NCBI RefSeq assembly: GCF_002113885.1
Contig: NW_018408896.1
Location: 186,001 to 250,000 of the forward strand
Reading direction: 5' to 3'
From: Mizuhopecten yessoensis
Lineage: Eukaryota
Length of the DNA: 64,000 nt
The first letter of the stretch is position 1. Every line of letters begins with the position of its first letter. The notes beneath the pieces were generated by a model, which was given only the letters and a program-made list of their open reading frames with translations, did not search any database and was not told where the DNA came from. The position numbers and the translations under genes are program-made. Positions 13,254 to 26,892 of this stretch are shown piece by piece.

Positions 13254-14914
13254 ACGTCATTGGAATGGGGCCCCAGACAGTATGCGAAATAAATGTTAAC
13301 AGCGTGTTTTCTACATTCACAACACCTGCTCCACTGTTGAAAAAAATTCTGTTGTAGTGTCAGGTAAAGGATTAACAAATTAACAAAATATATCTTTTAC
13401 AACAATTGCAAAAACATGCAGTAGGAAACGTTCTAAATAAACCCAGACATCTGCAACAAACAGCTAAAGAATTTACAATCAGACTTTCTTGTTAATTTTA
13501 AATTCAATGAATGACTAGCATCTGAATATTTATAAAAGACTTGATAACTCAAAAACTAATTCCCTACTTCTTACAGACACAAAATAATTGGTTTCTGCTA
13601 AAATCTGTTTATCTATCCCCCCATCCCATAATGTTAAGAGTCACTTTGCCTTTGCTGGGTTACCTATAATTATGTCCTTCAAACGATAACTGGCTAGTAA
13701 TTACTACATTTCAAAATTTGGTGTGCAGATGCATTCTAGAACTTCAAATTCTATTTAGACAAGATGGCTGCCATCCCAAAAATCTGGGGGTCCTGCTCTC
13801 CAAACATATTACTAATCTGCAGTAAAGATGTGTGTATCAAGAAAGGAATCTTTGGATATCGAGTTTGCCTGGCTACTAACTGTCGAACAGAGCTTACATA
13901 TTGCCCAAATATGCTGATCAACATGAAAGAGCTTCTTAGTGCTCTTTTTCGCCAATTGACTCCAAAAGAAATCTTTTCGGGGTGGGAGGGTCTTTATGTC
14001 TGGTGTTTTTTTCTGAAATAAACCTCCTCTGAAGCGGTCCCAGTCTAATATTATTCCTGAAATAAGCGTTCACTGAACAGACAAAATTTGCTGAAACCCT
14101 TCACTTCACCATTATGGTGAGACGCCTGCCCCACCCTAAATTTCTTGACTCCAGACCTAATTTTTATATTTTAACATTCAGGAATCAAATTGATGTGAAC
14201 TAAAACAGATTTTGTTTAAAATGTCAAACAGACCAAATATAATGACCACTAATATAATTAGTAGTTGACTATAATTAGTAGTTGACCCATGTAAAATCTG
14301 ATAGCACTGTTAGTACTTCACCTCGGCACGCAATAGGCCAAATAGCATGACACTAGGACTCAAGTCAAGTGAGCCGCCCGCTCACGTGATAACATAATAC
14401 GTCCCCGTCTTCGACGGGCGTATAAAAACACAGTCATACATACGAATGAGGCGGAAGAGCCATCATCCAGGCACAATTTATTTTTTATCTAAAACAGGAT
14501 ATTTTAGATAAGTATAAGGAAGCTATAAAGGTCAATAGTATTAATAACAATAGCAACAGCTTCTATAATTAGATATACTCAGATAACAGTGACACAGCTA
14601 TGTCAACATGTATCCCCTCTGTCTATATATAGCTAGTCACTATTAAAGGAAGGATTACAGTAATTTACTGTTCATATTATGTTGTTCACAAAGTTTCGTT
14701 GTAATGATAAATTTGCCCTCATTACGGAGGGCAAAAAAGGCGAAAATTAATAGCAGCGAAATTTCCCTGTAAAGTAATCCCTTTATTTTGAGATATAAAA
14801 GATGGGTGCTATTACTGGTATTGGACATGGCATACTACTGAAGTGATGGTTGTTGTTACGAAAATAAAAGTATGTTTTTTGGTATATCTTATATGGGAAC
14901 ATTATATTTCTCAT

Positions 14915-15090
14915 GTCAATCTTAATACATAAGAGAGATTGCATGTACAAAAAAGTGAAGAAATCAGGACATCCAGACCTCAAATCAAAATTTAAAGACC
15001 TAATTAAGCATCAAATTCAAAAACACATCAGACAATCATATTGGCAATATATCGAGGGCGTTTTTAAACCTAGTAAAGACAGTGAACTTT
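14915..15090 (+). mobile_element. CR1-group LINE ORF2 fragment
   Basis: Translates with a frameshift as LIHKRDCMYKKVKKSG...KHQIQKHIRQSYWQYIEGVF, the pre-RT region of CR1-like elements. Confidence 0.55.
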
Positions 15091-15477
15091 AATGTTAATC
15101 TTAATACGTGTAATCTCTCTGATCAGTCCTTACTTAGAAGATCTGACTCCAATATCACATGGCTTCTCAAATATGATATTCTTAAATTTCCACATTACCT
15201 CATAAATAGTCTTGTGTTGGGTTTCCAACAATCAATCCACTGTTTCAAACAGAGATGACTTCTGAACATAAATATTCTTATTAACTTTTGAAGATATCAG
15301 AATTGAGAATTTATTTAAGTTGTATTTCTGGGCTCTTGTAGCTGTAATGTAAATTGAGTGCCTAGCAATGTATATTTTAGTAGGATTAGCTGCAGCTCAT
15401 TATGCTGCAACCGATCTGGTTAAAAACAAATCTAATTACATGTAATACTATGAAATACACCAGAAGTTTTTATGACA

Positions 15478-15912
15478 TACAGTCAAACTTCGATGTTCCA
15501 AACTTTGTGGGACTATCTGGAAAAAGACAGAACAGGACAGAATGTGAATCTTAAAATATGTGACGAAACACAGGCTAATACATTTAATTTTAAATCTGAA
15601 TATTGGAAATCTTATCAAATTCAATATTTCTCTGTCAATTAAATTTCCTTAGCCTATGCTATGTAAACAACCACCAGACACTTCAATGTTCTAGTACAGG
15701 TAATTATTTCACTTTGATTTATCAGTTGTAATTGTCAATGTTTTCATAACGAATGGGCCTTGATAATACTTCGAAACAGCGAGAAATTTGAATTATAAAA
15801 GTTTGATTCATGAGATGAAAATTAGTATAGTGTTAATTGGGGAAAATTCTGGACTTCGACACACAGAGAAGCTTGAATCATCGGAGTTTGATTTATGGAA
15901 GTTTGATTGCAT
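15478..15912. mobile_element. Tc1/mariner (pogo-like) MITE
   Basis: TA-CAGTCAAACTTC at the left end, degenerate GAAGTTTGATTG at the right end. Confidence 0.45.
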
Positions 15913-16212
15913 TTGGATTTCACTTATTTTATTAATATCTAAAAAAAAATATCACATAATCTTAACTCTTATCCAGAGAATATACCCATGTCATATTGTT
16001 TTTGCATATTAACCCATGTAATATGACCTATCAGCCCTGTGATTGGTTGTAAATTTCAATTGTTTCAATTGTGACGTCACTCTCAGGACAAGTACATGAC
16101 GTCACAGACTAACGCACTGGAGTCAAAAAGGCGGCATTTTACATTTCTAGGTTGCATGAAAATTGTCGTTTTACACGAATAAATGCCATCAATCATGATC
16201 ATGTGATAAAAA

Positions 16213-16362
16213 GGATATTACACTCCTTATCATTTCATATGAAATTTATGAAACTCGTCACAAAATTTTCATTTTAGCTTGCCAGAGGCTCGCTAAATTG
16301 AAAAATTCTTCAGAGTTGTTTCATAAATCTCATATGAAATGGAAACTCACGTAAGATCCTGT
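16213..16362. mobile_element. Foldback hairpin of a non-autonomous DNA element
   Basis: CATTTCATATGAAATTTATGAAAC versus GTTTCATAAATCTCATATGAAATG inverted arms. Confidence 0.55.
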
Positions 16363-16389
16363 ATATACAAATGTACACAATTATACAAG

Positions 16390-17388
16390 TTACTCCAGTC
16401 CAATCCAACCCGGGTAGAAGTGTTCTGTGGTGCTGTCATGGAACTGCTTGCTAAAGGGTGATCCTTCAATATATGGATGTTTGTAGTATACTGTTGTTCC
16501 ATTGGTCAGAAAGGCGGACCACCAACCAAAAGTGCCAACAGTCATAATTGTATGGTTTGTGGATGAGAGCAATGCCATGTCTGTATCAGGGGCGTTTCCC
16601 TCTGCAAAGTACACATCACTGAATTTCCCAAGCGCTGTTCGTGCCCAGGTAAAATCATTTGAGCAAACTATGAAAGTTGGGTTTTTATAACGTTTTCGAA
16701 AAAATTGAGTAGCTTTATGTAAATACTGTTCAGTGGCAGTTGTATATCCGTATTCAGTAAAAACTGCCTTGTTCACATAATCACCTCGACGAATATGTAC
16801 GCCTACAAGAATATCACCACGGGCCGGACTACTGCCACTTTTCTGTATGATGTTTTGTAAAACTGCTTGAGCAGATATTTTGACATGTTCTTGAAAGTGA
16901 AAGTTGCTTCGTATTTCATTTTCATAATGTTTCCAGTATTTCCAGGATTGAAAATAGCCATACAAATAACTGTCTTGTCTTTTCTCAATTTCTTCAAACT
17001 GTTTATCATAAGCACAATCCCAATCATCTTCATATTTTTGGAAGCAGAGGCAATCTCCTTTTCCTAATCCAAATCCATAATCATTATTTAGACCGAATTC
17101 AATTTCAAATGTTGAAGAGAGTATGTTACTTTCCTTTGCCTCTGACATCATGATAACCAGTTCCTTGTCCCTGGAAAACGCATACATGAATGCGTACTGA
17201 AACATCTGGTTGGCCAATCTGCCCTGAAAAGGCATGCATGCAAAATGTGGTCTTTCAATTCCATTCCAGTCGTTCCAATACAGCCTTATGCAAGAACTCC
17301 ACCTTGCAATGATCACAAAAAGCACAACCACTATGATACCCAGGCATACTGAAAATAGAGAATAAACATTGCTATAGCAAATAAACAT
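16390..17388 (-). CDS. Alpha-1,2-fucosyltransferase (GT11, FUT1/FUT2-like), type II membrane protein, uninterrupted coding exon
   Basis: GRLANQMFQYA, GYFQSWKY, VGVHIRRGDY and DMALLSSTNHTIMTVGTFGWWSAFL motifs, plus an N-terminal TM helix. A splice acceptor (tttcatactcag) precedes 17423, so the start is ATG 17388 or an upstream exon rather than 17469. Confidence 0.93.
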   Translation of the reverse strand: MFICYSNVYSLFSVCLGIIVVVLFVIIARWSSCIRLYWNDWNGIERPHFACMPFQGRLANQMFQYAFMYAFSRDKELVIMMSEAKESNILSSTFEIEFGLNNDYGFGLGKGDCLCFQKYEDDWDCAYDKQFEEIEKRQDSYLYGYFQSWKYWKHYENEIRSNFHFQEHVKISAQAVLQNIIQKSGSSPARGDILVGVHIRRGDYVNKAVFTEYGYTTATEQYLHKATQFFRKRYKNPTFIVCSNDFTWARTALGKFSDVYFAEGNAPDTDMALLSSTNHTIMTVGTFGWWSAFLTNGTTVYYKHPYIEGSPFSKQFHDSTTEHFYPGWIGLE

Positions 17389-17454
17389 TCCAATATTATA
17401 GCCTCGAGGGTCTTCAACGTCAACTGAGTATGAAATAAATGAATAAAAATGTTT

Positions 17455-17650
17455 AATAATAGAATCCATCCCTGATGTGAGTATAGATAGGGATGATGTG
17501 AAGTATAGATAAGGTCATTCAAACCCAGGGGATACAATATTGAGCAGGACCCCCAAGGCTTCGCCGAGGGTCTTTTGCTCAATATTTTATCCTGAGGATT
17601 TGAATAACCTTATCCCTTCCTCACATCTGGGATGGATTTTATTTCTTGCT
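17455..17650. mobile_element. Foldback element with GGCTTCGCC apex
   Basis: AATCCATCCC...AATATTGAGCA...GGCTTCGCC...TGCTCAATATT...GGGATGGATT inverted arms. Confidence 0.65.
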
Positions 17651-17999
17651 TATTACCTAAAACCCATTAAAGTAGCTGCTCTCCTAGTAAAGTTGTAAAC
17701 TGTCCACACATTTCTCATTTGCATATGATGCCAATGACCCGGACTGACCCCAAAGCAAAGCGATCCAGACCCATGGGTCGGATAGAATTCTCCAGCACCA
17801 CCGGAAATGCAGATATCTCGGTCTAGTTCTAGTATGCAAGAATATTTACATTATGTTGCAAATGAGAAAAATCACAGGGGGGGTTAACATCCTGAAGTAA
17901 GTAAACCCTACCTCAAAAGCCAAAGGGTGAGACCAAGGGGCATAACTTTTATATTTTTTCATGTTAGTTCAATATCCTAAGGCCTCAATATATGTACAT

Positions 18000-18232
18000 C
18001 CAACACTTATGTAACAAGTGTTTCCAGCTTTTATTAGTCACTCTTGTTGGGCCATATGGAAACTCACATGGAGTCTAAAAGTGGGAGAAAACAAGAATAT
18101 TCTGAAAAAATCTACTTGGATGGGCAGTTGACCCAATTATAACTACTTCTCATTATTTGATTGGAGGATCGAAACCCAGCCATCTTGGTGAAAGGCAAGA
18201 AAGCTATGACCACTGTGCCACATGACAGACCA
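18000..18232 (-). mobile_element. Degenerate copy of the V-type SINE
   Basis: Shares CACTCTTGTTGG, GTGGGAG and CTTGGTGAAAGGCAAG with 7375-7618. Confidence 0.6.
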
Positions 18233-18269
18233 CCTAACTAATTAGGTTGAAAATTTATTTCCAAGTACA

Positions 18270-19060
18270 TTTCATGAAAAGAGGCCAAAACTGGACTTGT
18301 GCTGCTTACCTGTTAATTATCCATACATAGCAGGTCTTTGTTGGGAGATTTTATTACCCTTACTCTACGACTTCAGAATCTTTATTGGAAGATTTTAACT
18401 TATTTTGATAATCTGACCTTCAAAGTTGGTCTAGGTCACTCATTCGGATAAAATACCTCATAGCACTAACACCATTAAGCTACAGACCAAATATCATGAT
18501 CCTATAGGTCTCTTGGTTATACATGTATAGAAAAAGTTGTTTAATTATTACAACATATTTAACCCTATTGACCTTGATACAGTGTTGAGGTAATTTATTG
18601 GAATAAACATGATAGCCCTTCATCTTAGCATTCAACTGGCCAAACATCTCCCATGCCTCGGTTTATTCAGATGCTGTTTAAAAGTTTTGACACTTTTAAC
18701 CCCTCTCACCTTTTAAAAATGGCCAAGGTCAATCCATTGAACAAACTTGATAAACCTCTAATCTAGCAAGCTACAGGCAAAATTTCATCACTTTGGTCTT
18801 TTGGTTATTATTCAAAACAAAAATATTTAAATGTCTCACACATTTGACCCCTGCAACCTTGAATATGATCAAAAGGTTATTCATTTCAACAACCTTGATA
18901 GCCCTTAATCCCAGCATGCTACTGGCAAATATTATCACACTAGGCCTCTTGGTTAATCAGTAAAAGTCACTTATATGTTTCCACACATTTGACCCCTGTG
19001 ACCTTGGAAGTGGGTGAAGAACATATATTTGAACAAACTTGATAGCCTTTCATCCAAAAC
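18270..19060 (+). mobile_element. Degenerate pearl/CvA (HINE-like) element with ~150-bp internal repeats
   Basis: Recurrent TTTGACCCCTGTGACCTTG...GGTCA...AAACTTGATAGCCC units, the same family as 46595-51777. Confidence 0.6.
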
Positions 19061-20339
19061 AACTATACTATCCATACAATTAATCACAAATTGTCTTCAT
19101 GTAGGTATACAAATAGGGAAAGTGATGTATACATGCAGCCACGAGGCCACACAAGGCCTGTTGGATTTGTGCTCACTAGGCATCTGAAAGTACAAACAAA
19201 TTAGGCAGATGTTTGCTTAATTTTTTGGATCATCATTCTTTTGCCATGTGGCCCTATATTTTTCAAGCCCCTAAGCAGTGCAAAGCGCTGCAGGGATTTG
19301 ATCTGTACTCTGTCCACTTCCGATGCTTCCCCATGCATAAAAACCTTTTGGGAAATTGAGGCTACATACTACCTACAAAATATCATAGAGAACACCTACA
19401 AAATTCAATTTTATATTACATTTTAAATGCGAAATGTCATGAATTCTCCGTTTGATATATGAAATGTAATTTCTTCACATGTGAATGAAGACATCACTAT
19501 TAGTATTGTCCGATCAGAACAGTACTTTCTATTCACTGCGTAGATTTTCATTTTCAAGTTTAGGTGAAGCAACGGCAGAATAAGGGGTTGTTTTGTTCTA
19601 CATTGCAACAAACATCATGGTATTTGCATAACTACAAAATTGATATAACTTTTGTTTGAAAATCTTTCCAAATAACAGCAGCAAACAGCAGAATTGCATA
19701 TAGAAACCCATTCAAAATGGTGCTCTGCATTGTTGTCAAGCTTAAAGGCATTAGAACCTGGCGTCCAATATAGCACGTAACAAATTCCAGCACTTTTCTG
19801 ATGGAGCAATATTTGCAACACATTACTCAAAAACATGTATTAAATAGAAAATTGAATTGTTTTCCCATTTAGCACCACACATATATACGGGGTATTCCAC
19901 TTACAAATATGCCAAAACAGCCAGAAAACCAGCATTATGGCGAAGTGTGTCTTCTTAGAAGTCTAATATACTTCTTTGACAAGTATAAGCAACCAGATAC
20001 CTATTAACTTTTTATATGTTATTCGAGGATTGACACTTTAACCCATATGACAGTTGATATTTTACCCAAAAGTGCATTGTCAAATGAAATATTTGTAAAA
20101 ACCATGACAGGTATAAACAACATTTTATGTTAATCATGAAATGTTTTTACTGTCTCAGAAGATGACGTTATTACTAAGTTGTCGACATTTAAACACGCAG
20201 TTAAAACTGCACATTGTCGTACCTCGTGACAATAAATGAGCGCCTATAGAATTGAGTGAGCATTATGTGATGATATCTAGTGTGAATCTTAATGTTAAAG
20301 TGAAAGATGATGCAGGACAAATGGGCAGATGACGAATAT

Positions 20340-22520
20340 CACATCATTGCATCAATTATACAGTCAATCCAGGCTAACAAATAGGTAAAACAAATATCTC
20401 CAAGAAATTATTAGCCCAGACCTTACTAGTAATCCAAAAAGATTCTGGAGTTACATTAAATAAAAAAAAAACAGACAGTTCAGGTGTTTCCCCACTACCC
20501 AATAATGATGGCCTTCTTTACAGCGATCCACGGACCCTGACTGACATATTGAACCACCAATTTAAGTCAGCATACACACGGGAAAATTTAACATCCAAGG
20601 AATCTAGTCCCAGATATGGACCACATACACGTCACAAAGCGGGGAGTTGAAAAACTTCTACAGGGCTTAAATATCCATAAGGCTACGGGTCCTGACACCA
20701 TTTCTACCGAGGTGCTACACTCACTGTCACACCAATAAGCTCCCTTTATCATGTTCTGATTTCAACTGTCTCTGGACACTGGAACCGTTTCAACTGATTG
20801 GGAATCGGACAATATTGTTACCATCTTCGAAAAAGGTGACCGAGACAAAGCCTCTAACTATAGGCCTGTGTCCCTCACCTCCATCTGTAGCAAGCTAATG
20901 GAACATATTATCCATAGCAGCATAATGACACATCTGGACATTCACAACATCCTCAAGTCTCTCAACATGGCTTTAGACGCAAACAAAATCGTGAATCTCA
21001 ACTAATTACCACACTAGATGACATCACCAGTAACATAGGCAATGGCAAGCAGATTGATATTGTGCTTTTAGACTTTTCTAAAGCGTTTCATAAGGTCCCC
21101 CTTCAACGCTTACTTCACAATCTTGACTACTATGGAATCCCTAACAACTCTCTTCTTTGGACATAATCATTCTTACATAACAGACAACAAAGAGTACTTC
21201 TCAACAACATCTGCTCTCCTCCTCTACCCGTGGACTGGGCGGTTCCACAAGGTACAGTCCTCGGACCTCTACTTTTTCTCCTCTTCATTAATGACCTTCC
21301 TGAATTTGTACTTTCCAACGATTGTTTCCTCTATCGAGTCATCAACACAGTCAGAGACTGTGAGCTACAGAAATGGGAATCTGATTGGCAAATGAATTTT
21401 AATGCAGATAAATGCTTTGTCATCAGAATATCAAAGAAACCACATCCTATTTGCTTCAATTATTCACTCCACCAGCAATCACTCAAAGTTGTTACAGAGA
21501 GCAAATATCTGGGAGTAATCCTGTCACACAACCTGTCCTGGGGCCCACATATAAACAGCATTACAGCTAAGGTGCATAGAACTCTAGGATTCTTATGCCG
21601 CAACATGTCTGGATGCACCAGGCGGGTCAAAACTCTCACTTACTCTGCCCTTGTCAGACCTCAACTGGAGTACTCATGCTCTGCCTGGGATCCATACCCT
21701 GCAGAGCACATCAACCAGCTTGAGGCTGTCCACAGATCTAGAAGAGCGGCCAGATATGTCCACAATCACTTCCATTCCAGAACACCAGGATGTATGTCGG
21801 ACATGGTCAACAACCTTCAGTGGGACTCCCTGCAGAACCATAGGAGGAAGGCCAGACTGGTCAACTTCTATAAGATCACTCAAGATCTTATAGCTATTCC
21901 AGCCGACTGGTACCTCACCAAGGCCGACTCCAGGACACGAGGGGGCCACCGTTATCGTCCTATACAGGCTTCCAAGGACTTTTTCAAGTCATCATACATG
22001 CAAAGGATGATAACGGACTGGAACAACCTTCCTTCCTCACTGGTAGAGGCAGACAGCCTTGAATCATTCAAGGCTGGTCTGAACTCCACACCTTGACTTC
22101 ACTTTCCCCCAACCACCCACCCCCCTCCCTCGTTCTCATGGCAAGACTATCCACAAACAGTACAGCCTCCAATATATCTCCTCTCCATCTGCCCGACTAA
22201 CATAACACCTGTTGCCCCTAAGTCGCCCAGGAGACGAAGTTTAACATGTCTTTGTGCAAAAATTGTGTGACTGTGATGCACTGCACTGCTTTACAAATAT
22301 AATCTCACAGTCATGCCATGGGACACTACATCCCCCCACCCCCACCCCACACACACACCTTTCTACCTTTTAGATAAACATCTTGATTGAAGTCACAGTA
22401 CCAACACTAAATTTATCTTTACAGCACATGCGCGCACAGTATCCAGAGACAGTAATCACTCCATCCTTGGAGATTCAAAGAAGAAGGAGGAGAGGAAGAA
22501 GTCGACGACGAAGAAGAAGA
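20340..22520 (+). mobile_element. 5'-truncated, decayed CR1-group LINE with (GAA)n-like tail
   Basis: NPKRFWSYIK, NYRPVSLTSICSKLMEHII, LDFSKAF, VPQGTVLGPLLFLLFINDLP, LVRPQLEY and ITDWNNLP with frameshifts; the RT FADD motif is partly deleted (NDLPEFVLSN-DCFLYR). Confidence 0.9.
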
Positions 22521-22738
22521 TCATCAAGGTTACAGCTTATTTTTAAATCTGGTAGGGGATCTATACAGTACAGCTACCTTAAATACTCACTTTTACATTT
22601 AGAATGACTTTTCAAAGTGATCCGCATCCCGGCCAATCTCATTTCAGTCGACATCAGAATCTACAACATGAAGATGAATGGTAAAATGTATCTCATCTGT
22701 TTTGAAAATAAACTGGACATGATAAACATTATTGAAGT

Positions 22739-23260
22739 CTCACGATTATCCAGTACTTCCATTAATTCACAGTCACGATTAAATCACGATTATCCAGTAC
22801 TTCCATTAATTCAGTCACGATTAAATCACTATTATCCAGTAATTCCATTAATTCACAGTCACGATTAAATCACGTTTATCCAGTAGTTCCATTAATTCAC
22901 AGTCACGATTAAATCATGATTATCCAGTACTTCCATTAATTCAGTCACGATTAAATCACGATTATCCAGTACTTCCATTAATTCACTGTCACGATTAAAT
23001 CACGATTATCCAGTTATTCCATTAATTCACAGTCACGATTAAATCACGATTATCCAGTACTTCCATTAATTCAGTCACGATTAAATCACGATTATCCAGT
23101 ACTTCCATTAATTCACTGTCATGATTAAATCACGATTATCCAGTACTTCCATTAATTCACAGTCACGATTAAATCACGATTATTCAGTACTTCCATTAAT
23201 TCACAGTCACAATTAAATCACGACTATCCAGTACTTCCATTAATTTACAGTCACAATTAA
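22739..23260. repeat. 42/44-bp minisatellite, ~12 copies
   Basis: Unit CACGATTATCCAGTACTTCCATTAATTC(AC)AGTCACGATTAAAT. Confidence 0.92.
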
Positions 23261-24030
23261 CTTGTTACAGCATCTCATATATTCATGTTCTTGATATTAC
23301 AGAAACAAGGGGCCTAATTAGAATTCTAATTCAAACATATTTACCAAAGTACACTACATGGAATGTTGAATGCAACTGTATTTCTTACCCAGTGATTCCT
23401 TTTGCTAAGCTTTATAGACGAAAACCTAAATAGTGACTTATTTTCCCAAAATGACAAAAAAAATGAGAAATACATTCCCAATTTCAATAAAAATATTGCT
23501 TCATTTTCGCAATTATAAAGAAACAGGTTGTTGAAAAGTTTACCGGTAGGTAAAAACAACACCGATACCACCATATATATGTTAGAAATATGTTTCATTT
23601 TTTTTAAATAAATACATTTGCTTTGCATTGTCAATATGTAAACACAGTCAGCTATGAATTGATTTATGAGACCAAAACTGTAGAGTGATCATCATATATG
23701 AAATTACTACAATAATTTTTATTAATTGTGATGTCATAATGATGATGTTTGAAATTACTGGCCGATACTCATGGCAAATATCTTGATGCGGACAAGGTTA
23801 ACAAAAGTGGGCACATGTATAAAACACTTGACAGCCAATCGTCAGGTGTCTATTGAACCTGAGGTTTCAATCAATCAAGGCCGCTTGAGCAAACATGTGT
23901 ATAAACGCACCTGTCAGGGTATTGATACATATTTAACATGCATGTGATGAGACAAAAATACTTGCACGTCACTGATTAGGTGGGTAAGGTAATTAGATAT
24001 ACCGGCGCAAATCCCAAAATACGGTTTCCT

Positions 24031-24190
24031 AACTGAACTGCTTTCAGTTGGAATTTATAGGTAACATGAATGCCAACTGGACAAAGGAAAATTCAATGAA
24101 ACATGCTAGCATGTACATGTTGGATTTGCATTTTTGTCCAGTTGGCATTCATATTACCTATGAAAGCCAACTGAAAGCATACAGTTCAGT
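24031..24190. mobile_element. Foldback/MITE-like palindrome
   Basis: CTTTCAGTTGG...ATGAATGCCAACTGGACAAA versus TTTGTCCAGTTGGCATTCAT...CCAACTGAAAG. Confidence 0.65.
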
Positions 24191-25458
24191 GCTTAAGTAA
24201 ATTTAAAGTTATATAAAAATAGGGATAGCATATTATAATTGTGTGTAAACTATGAAAACTGACAGACTGCTTTCTAAGGAAATCTTTTAGTATTGTACTC
24301 TAATATGAAATGGAAAGGCAATTTATTTTTTATTTTTTAATATGAAGATTGTTTCTTTACTGATTTAAATACTGTGTAGACTTATTTATTATTTTGACTG
24401 TCAAAAAAAAGAATATATTGTATATTTAAAATGTTGAACCAAATTCATTTCCACTGACTGTTTACCTAGTCTAATTCCATTGATGTCAAGATGTGATAAA
24501 TATTGTTACTTTACAGGAGATGCATGTTCATAATTATGGTCATGTGCCAGGGATGTGTAATGGAGGGATACGCAACTTCCTCTTTGCCTTAGTAAATATG
24601 TTCCGAGTGAGGTTGGCTTATCTCCCTTGATCGGTGTTCTATGATACGGACAAGTTATGGCTTCATCAGAGCGTGGTTGAATCGTGAAATTGGTGTGTAA
24701 ACAAACCAATAATACTGAGTATTACTACATTTTTTTTTTATCTTGTTGCTGTAGGTTGTTTATATTACATCTGGTGGAAGTAGTAGATGGTGTCACAGGA
24801 CCCGATGTATTTTTATTTATCCTCCGTCAGTATTTTTGTTTTTATTGGTCAGGAACTGCACGCTATGTTACGAACTTTTTTGTAAACATTTGAAAAGTTT
24901 GGGTGGAAAAAATCTCATTACCACCCATTTTGTGTATCAAATTTAAGTATTTAATCAAGCTTTTCAAAATTAACGGCAATGTAAAGCTTAATACATTTTA
25001 TTTTGTAGGGGAGTAGTCTTATGACGGTGAGTTATTATTAATGTGTTATTTTTTTTTCAAAAAGAGCTACTGTAATATGTTTGTATCACTTTGCATTTGT
25101 CATTTTCAGTAAAACCATGTTGGCATCTCGATGCTTAGATCAAATTTTCTTACAAAAGGCCTATATTCCACCATTTTTCAAACGTGGGATATCAATAAAT
25201 TAAAAAGAGGAGTAATTTTTTCAGGTGTTATTTGTGGTATGTCAGTGTTTTTGTTTTTATTGGTCTGGAAACTGACCACTACAGTACTGTGGCGGTACCC
25301 AACTGGGACGGTACCCAATCCGAGGCACTTGTGGAAAAGGGTCTAATGAAAATGGCACGTAATACAAACAAGCAATTTTTTATTTGACTGCCGAATCTGC
25401 GCGATTACAGGGGTGTACAATTTAATATAATGAGTACTAGTCCACTACACATCCCTGT

Positions 25459-25997
25459 GCTGACCCTGCAGGTAGGGCGTAAGAATTGTACCTGCTGCCC
25501 CCAATTGCATGATCGTAAGAGGCGACTAAATTTGGGAACTTATCTCTTCTCTCCTTTCTAAATAACTTTCTTCTTCCTAATGTCTCCCTTGACAATGCCT
25601 CACTTTTGGCCATTTGTTGAGCTTTCGCCCCTGTGAGGAAGGCGTTGGGTTCTGTCCCCTGGCGGAGACATACCAAAGTCTTTAAAAATGGCAGTTTCTA
25701 CTCCTGCTTAACGCTCTGCAAATAAGGAGTGGGACAACTGGTTCGCCCGTTGTCAGTATAATGTGACCTGGTGGGGCGTCCTGCTGGGTGTCTTCGGCAG
25801 TATGTTTCAGTGAGGTAGCACTATAAAGTCAGCATCAGTTCCACGCTATTACAAGAAGACAAAAATGAACATATCGCAGCCTCCCAAAATACACACCCAT
25901 ACACTACACGCATGCATCTTGCACACAGGGAGGCCGTCCTTAAATGACCTTAGCTGTTAATAGGACGTTAAACAAAATCAAACAAACAAACAAACAG
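25459..25997 (+). mobile_element. Meta-domain SINE with non-tRNA structured 5' extension and (AAAC)n tail
   Basis: TSD ATCCCTGT at 25451-25458 and 25998-26005; Meta-like core TGTCAGTATAATGTGAC...TCAGTGAGGTAGCACTATAAAG; tail GCTGTTAATAGGACGTTAAAC-(AAAC)n. Confidence 0.8.
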
Positions 25998-26551
25998 ATC
26001 CCTGTCAAAATCGTCGTCTGAAATGTCCGACTCCCTATATTCTGTAATCTCTCCAAACAAATGTTCTAAATCTATGTCATCATCCCAAGACAGAAAATCA
26101 GACGTTGACATGATGTGTGATTCATGATGAGACAATTTCAAAAGCGCTGAAGTATCCGATCGTGAATGCTATGAACCGACTCCATCAGAGTACAAACCAA
26201 AATATAACACAAACTCAAGATACAGACGATAATATCTCCCGACACAACTACTGTACAGCTAGACATGGTGGCAACGATAACATTTCTCCTGTAATAAAAT
26301 GAAGACCTACTAATACACAGTCCAGTAAACGTGGATAACCGCAATGAAAACACTTCGATCAGCGATGTGTTGACATAACACCGGAAGCAAGTGCGAGTTT
26401 AACCTGACACTAGCGCGGAAGCGCAGACCGGCCAGAGTAGTTCCCTCGATGACTTCAAGGTTCAGTGAACAAACAATAAAGCGACGATAAGTGTTCGCCA
26501 CTGGGCTCGGAGTTGTAAATCCCTCCACTACACATCCCTGTCATGTGCACA

Positions 26552-26830
26552 GGTTCCAGAATAAATGTGATATATTTAGGTTTATCACATCACTGTGATA
26601 ATAAATAATTGGGTTCTTGAATATGAATATAATTAATTATCTGTTTAATTGCACCCCACTAGACTAGCTATCACCCCCACCCTTATATTTATTAGTATAA
26701 GGGGATGTGTTAACAGAGACATGTAGATAACGTTTATATTATATATATTCTAGAACCCAATTATTTATTAGCACAGTGATGTGATTAACCTATAGGCCTA
26801 TGTATATCACATATTTTCCAGAACCCGAGC
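26552..26830. mobile_element. Foldback/MITE-like inverted repeat
   Basis: ATCACATCACTGTGATAATAAATAATTGGGTTC versus GAACCCAATTATTTATTAGCACAGTGATGTGAT. Confidence 0.65.
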
Positions 26831-26892
26831 ACCTGTGATGTGAAATTAAGCTAAGGTTACATTGTCATTCCTTCATTGCATCTGAGAATTTC

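Noticed and set aside
11545-13378. Many overlapping ORFs (PSVVPDFVYTVCGTGLCLHRLWY...)
   Set aside because: Translations of the 28-bp minisatellite in rotating frames.
21230-22096. 288-aa RT ORF as an active gene
   Set aside because: Part of a frameshifted LINE with the catalytic motif deleted.
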